From Somniosus microcephalus (taxonomy: Eukaryota): a stretch of DNA of 64,000 nt. Below are positions 60,788 to 64,000 of this stretch, one piece after another. Positions within the stretch are counted from its first letter, which is position 1. Each line of letters begins with the position of its first letter. The stretch spans positions 48,422,001-48,486,000 of the forward strand of contig CM126220.1 in NCBI GenBank assembly GCA_052327205.1, given 5' to 3'. The notes below the pieces were generated by a model. The model made no database searches and was not told the origin of the DNA. It worked only from the letters and a program-made list of their open reading frames with translations. Position numbers and translations under genes: made by a program.

Positions 60788-63480
60788 TCTTTTTATTCGT
60801 TCATGGGATGTGGGCATCACTGACAAGGCCAACATTTATTGCCCATCCCTAGTTGCCCTTGAGAAGGTGGTGGTGAGCTGAATTCTTGAACCGCTGCAGT
60901 CCGTGTGGTGAAGGTACTCCCACAGTGCTGTTAGGGAGGGAGTTCCAGGATTTTGATCCAGCGACGATGAAGGAGCAGCGATATACTTCCAAGTCAGGAT
61001 GGTGTGTGACTTGGAAGGGAACTTGGAGGTGGTGGTGTTCCCATGCACCTGCTGCCCTTGTCCTTCTAGGTGGTAGAGGTTGCGGGTTTGGGAGGTGCTG
61101 AAGAGGCCTTGGCGAGATGCTGCAGTGTATCTTGTAGATGGTACAAACTGTAGCCACGGTACGCCGGTGGTGGAGGGAATAAATGTTTAAGGTGATGGAT
61201 GGGGTGCCAATCAAGTGGGCTGCTTTGTCCTGGATGGTGTCGAGCTTTTTGAGTTGTTGGAGCTGCACTCATCCAGGCAAGTGGAGAGTATTCCATCACA
61301 CTCCTTAATTGTGCCTTGTAGATGGTGGAAAGGCTTTGGGGAGTCAGGAGGTGAGACACTCACCGCAGAATACCTAGCCTCTGACCTGTTTTTGTTGCCG
61401 CAGTATTTATGTCACTGGTCCAGTTAAGTTTCTGGTCAATGGTGTCCCCCCAGGACATTGATGGAGGGGGATTCTGCGATGGTAATGCCGCTGAATGTCA
61501 AGGGGCAGTGATTAGATGCTCACTTGTTGGAGATAGTCATTGCCTGGCACTTGTTTCGCGCGAATGTTACCTGCCACTTATCAGTCCAAGCCTGAATGTC
61601 GTCCAGGTCTTGCTGCATTCGGGCATGAACTGCTTCATTTTCTGAGGAGTTGCAAATGGCACTGAACACCGTGCAGTCATCAGCGAACATTCCCACTTCT
61701 GACCTTATGATGGAGGGAAGGTCATTGATGAAGCAGCTGAAGATGGTTGGGCCTAGGACACTGCCCCGAGGAATTCCTGCAGTGATGTCCTGGGGTTGTG
61801 ATGATTGACCTCCAACCACCACAACCATCTTCCTTTGTGTTAGGTATGACTCCAGCCAATGGAGTGTTTTCCCTCCGATTCCCATTAACTTCAGTTTTAC
61901 TAGGGCTCCTTGATGCCACACTTGGTCAAATGCTGCCTTGATGTCAAGGGCAGTCACACTCACCTCACCATGGAATTCACCTCTTTTGTTCATGTTTGGA
62001 CCAAGGCTGTAACGAGGTCTGGTGTCAAGTGGTCCTGGCGGAACCCAAACTGGGCATCAGTGAGCAGGTTATTGATGAGTAAGTGCCGCTTGATAGTACT
62101 GTCGATGACACCTTCCATCACTTTGCTGATGATTGAGAGTAGACTGATGCGAAAGTAATTGATCGGATTGGATTTATCCTGCTTTTTGTGAACAGGACAT
62201 ACCTGGGCAGTTTTCCACATTGTCGGATAGATGCCAGTGTTATAGCTGTCTTGGACAGCTTGGCTAGAGGCACGGCTAGTTCTGGGGCATAAGTCTTCAG
62301 CACAACAGCCGGGATGTTGTCGAGGCCCACAGCCTTTGCTGTATCCAGTGCTTCCAGCCGTTTTTTAATATCACTTGGAGTGAACCGAATTGGCTGAAGA
62401 CTGGCTTCTGTGGTGGTATGGACCTCAGGAGGAGGCCGACATGGATCATCCACTCAGCAATTCTGGCTGAAGATGGTGGCAAACAGTTCAGCTTTGTCTT
62501 TTGCACACATATGCTAGGCTCCACCATCATTGAGGATGGGGATATTCATGGAGCCTCCTCCTCCCATTAGTTGTTTAATGGTCCACCACCATTCACGACT
62601 GGATGTGGCAGGACTGCAGAGCTTTGATCTGATCCGTTGATTGTGGGATTGCTTAGCTCTGTCTATTGCATGCTGCTTCCACTTTTTAGCATGCATTTTT
62701 AGGTACACCTGGTGCTGCTCCTGGCATGCTCTTCTACACTCCTTGTTGAACCAGGGTTGGTCCTCTGGCTTGATGGTAATGGTAGAGTGAGGGATATGTT
62801 GGGCCATGAGTTTACAGATTGTGGTGAAATACAATTCTGCTGTTGCTGATGGCCCACAGCACCTCAGGGATGCCCAACTTTGAGCTGCTAGATCTGTACT
62901 GAATCTATCCCATTTAGCACAGTGGTAGTGCCACACAACACGATGGAGGGTATCCTCAGTGTGAAGACAGGACTTCGTCTCCACAATGGCCGTACGATGG
63001 TCACTGCTACCACTGCTGTCCTGGACAGATGTCTCTGTGACAGGTAGGTTGGTGAGGACGAGGTCAAGTAGGTTTTTCCCCTCATGTTTCTTTGCAGGGC
63101 AAAAGTGGTAAGAAAGACTGGGCGTGTCATTGTCATGTCCATAGCCAGTGCCATGGTCAATGCCGGTTGTTCCATTCGGTTTTATTCTTACTGTTATTTG
63201 TAGTGGCTTGCTAGGCCATTTCAGAGTCAACCACATTGCTGTGGGTCTGGAGTCACATATAGGACAGACTAAGTAAGGACATTAGTGAACCAGATGGGTT
63301 TTTACGACAATCCGATAGCTTCACCATTATTGACAGTAACTTTTTATTCCAGATTGATTTAATTAACTGAATTTAAATTCATCAGCTGCTGTGGTTGAAT
63401 TTGAACTCATCTCTCCAGCTCATTAGCCCAGGCCTGTGGATTACTAGCCCAGTAACATAACCACTATGCTACCATTCCCA
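60788..63480 (-). mobile_element. CR1-group LINE family 2, long copy (partial endonuclease and RT) with tRNA-like 5' head
   Basis: GKNLLDLVLTN...GSSDHR (APE endonuclease C-terminus), DQPWFNKEC, KAVGLDNIP, DIKAAFDQVWH, MFADDCT; frameshifted. Confidence 0.9.
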
Positions 63481-63524
63481 TGTGGTAAATGAACTGGCGC
63501 ATTTAGTAGATCACTGTACTCACT

Positions 63525-64000
63525 GGGGTAGAGTTTCCACTTTGGGGTCAATCGGCGATTCTGACTCAAATTGCGCCCAAAATTGTGCCCGTTTTAGAAA
63601 GTGTTTTTTTCCCCTCAAGTTTCCACTCACACTGATTTGCATATCACCTAACCCAAAATCTGCCACGAACCAGCGCAATCGGGCAGCGTTTTAAAACGTA
63701 ACTTTAAAAAAAACGTTGCTTTGAAAAAGATTCCTTGATATATTTAAGAGTGGTAACTTGGTAAAGTTTGATTAGTAAAGCTGAAAATGGGTTTATCACA
63801 AAAAATAAGCGTTTTAAATCACAGTGTCAATCCACCACCTGTGAATAACCCGATTTTAAATTACTGTAAATGACTTCTAAAAAATATACAAAACTATTTT
63901 CTAGTTAGATTGGGGTACAGCAGGGAGTTCCATAGTAAATTTTAAAAATAATCATTCAAAACCTGTCCAAATGCACTTATTAGTGTCCTCGCACCCAAAA
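63525..64000. mobile_element. Probable start of another Harbinger-like non-autonomous element
   Basis: Begins ggggtagagtttccact; the other end lies outside the window. Confidence 0.35.

Noticed and set aside
63395-63478. Functional tRNA gene
   Set aside because: Only A/B-box-like motifs are seen, with no convincing cloverleaf; treated as a retroposon head.

Overview
Eukaryotic, repeat-dense 64-kb window, most likely from a cartilaginous fish (shark-like). This is inferred from the CR1, L2, Penelope, Deu-type SINE and Harbinger families present. No host protein-coding exon could be supported. The window holds four Ty3/Gypsy LTR elements, one 1.55-kb solo LTR, several CR1-group LINEs, a Penelope element, Harbinger/HARBI1 relics, MITEs, SINEs and a ~32-bp minisatellite, many of them nested. 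The best candidate for an undescribed system is the LTR element at 28537-32978 (-). It has a target-site duplication (TSD), primer-binding site (PBS), polypurine tract (PPT) and one open ~900-codon ORF. In that ORF, Gag-zinc knuckle-protease is fused in frame, in place of RT/RNase H/integrase, to a coiled-coil mosaic that resembles pieces of host proteins (ANKRD24/UACA-like, optineurin-like, AKAP95-type zinc finger). These similarities are from memory and need a BLAST check. Its two LTRs are identical in U3 but strongly different in R/U5, with the switch at the predicted transcription start, which fits co-packaging with a different RNA. Other notable items: a Gypsy element with no tRNA PBS but a 14-nt LTR-complementary segment (possible self-priming), a perfect 84-bp-arm Penelope/hammerhead-type palindrome insertion, a minisatellite derived from an L2 ORF2 fragment, and a LINE with a tRNA-like head.
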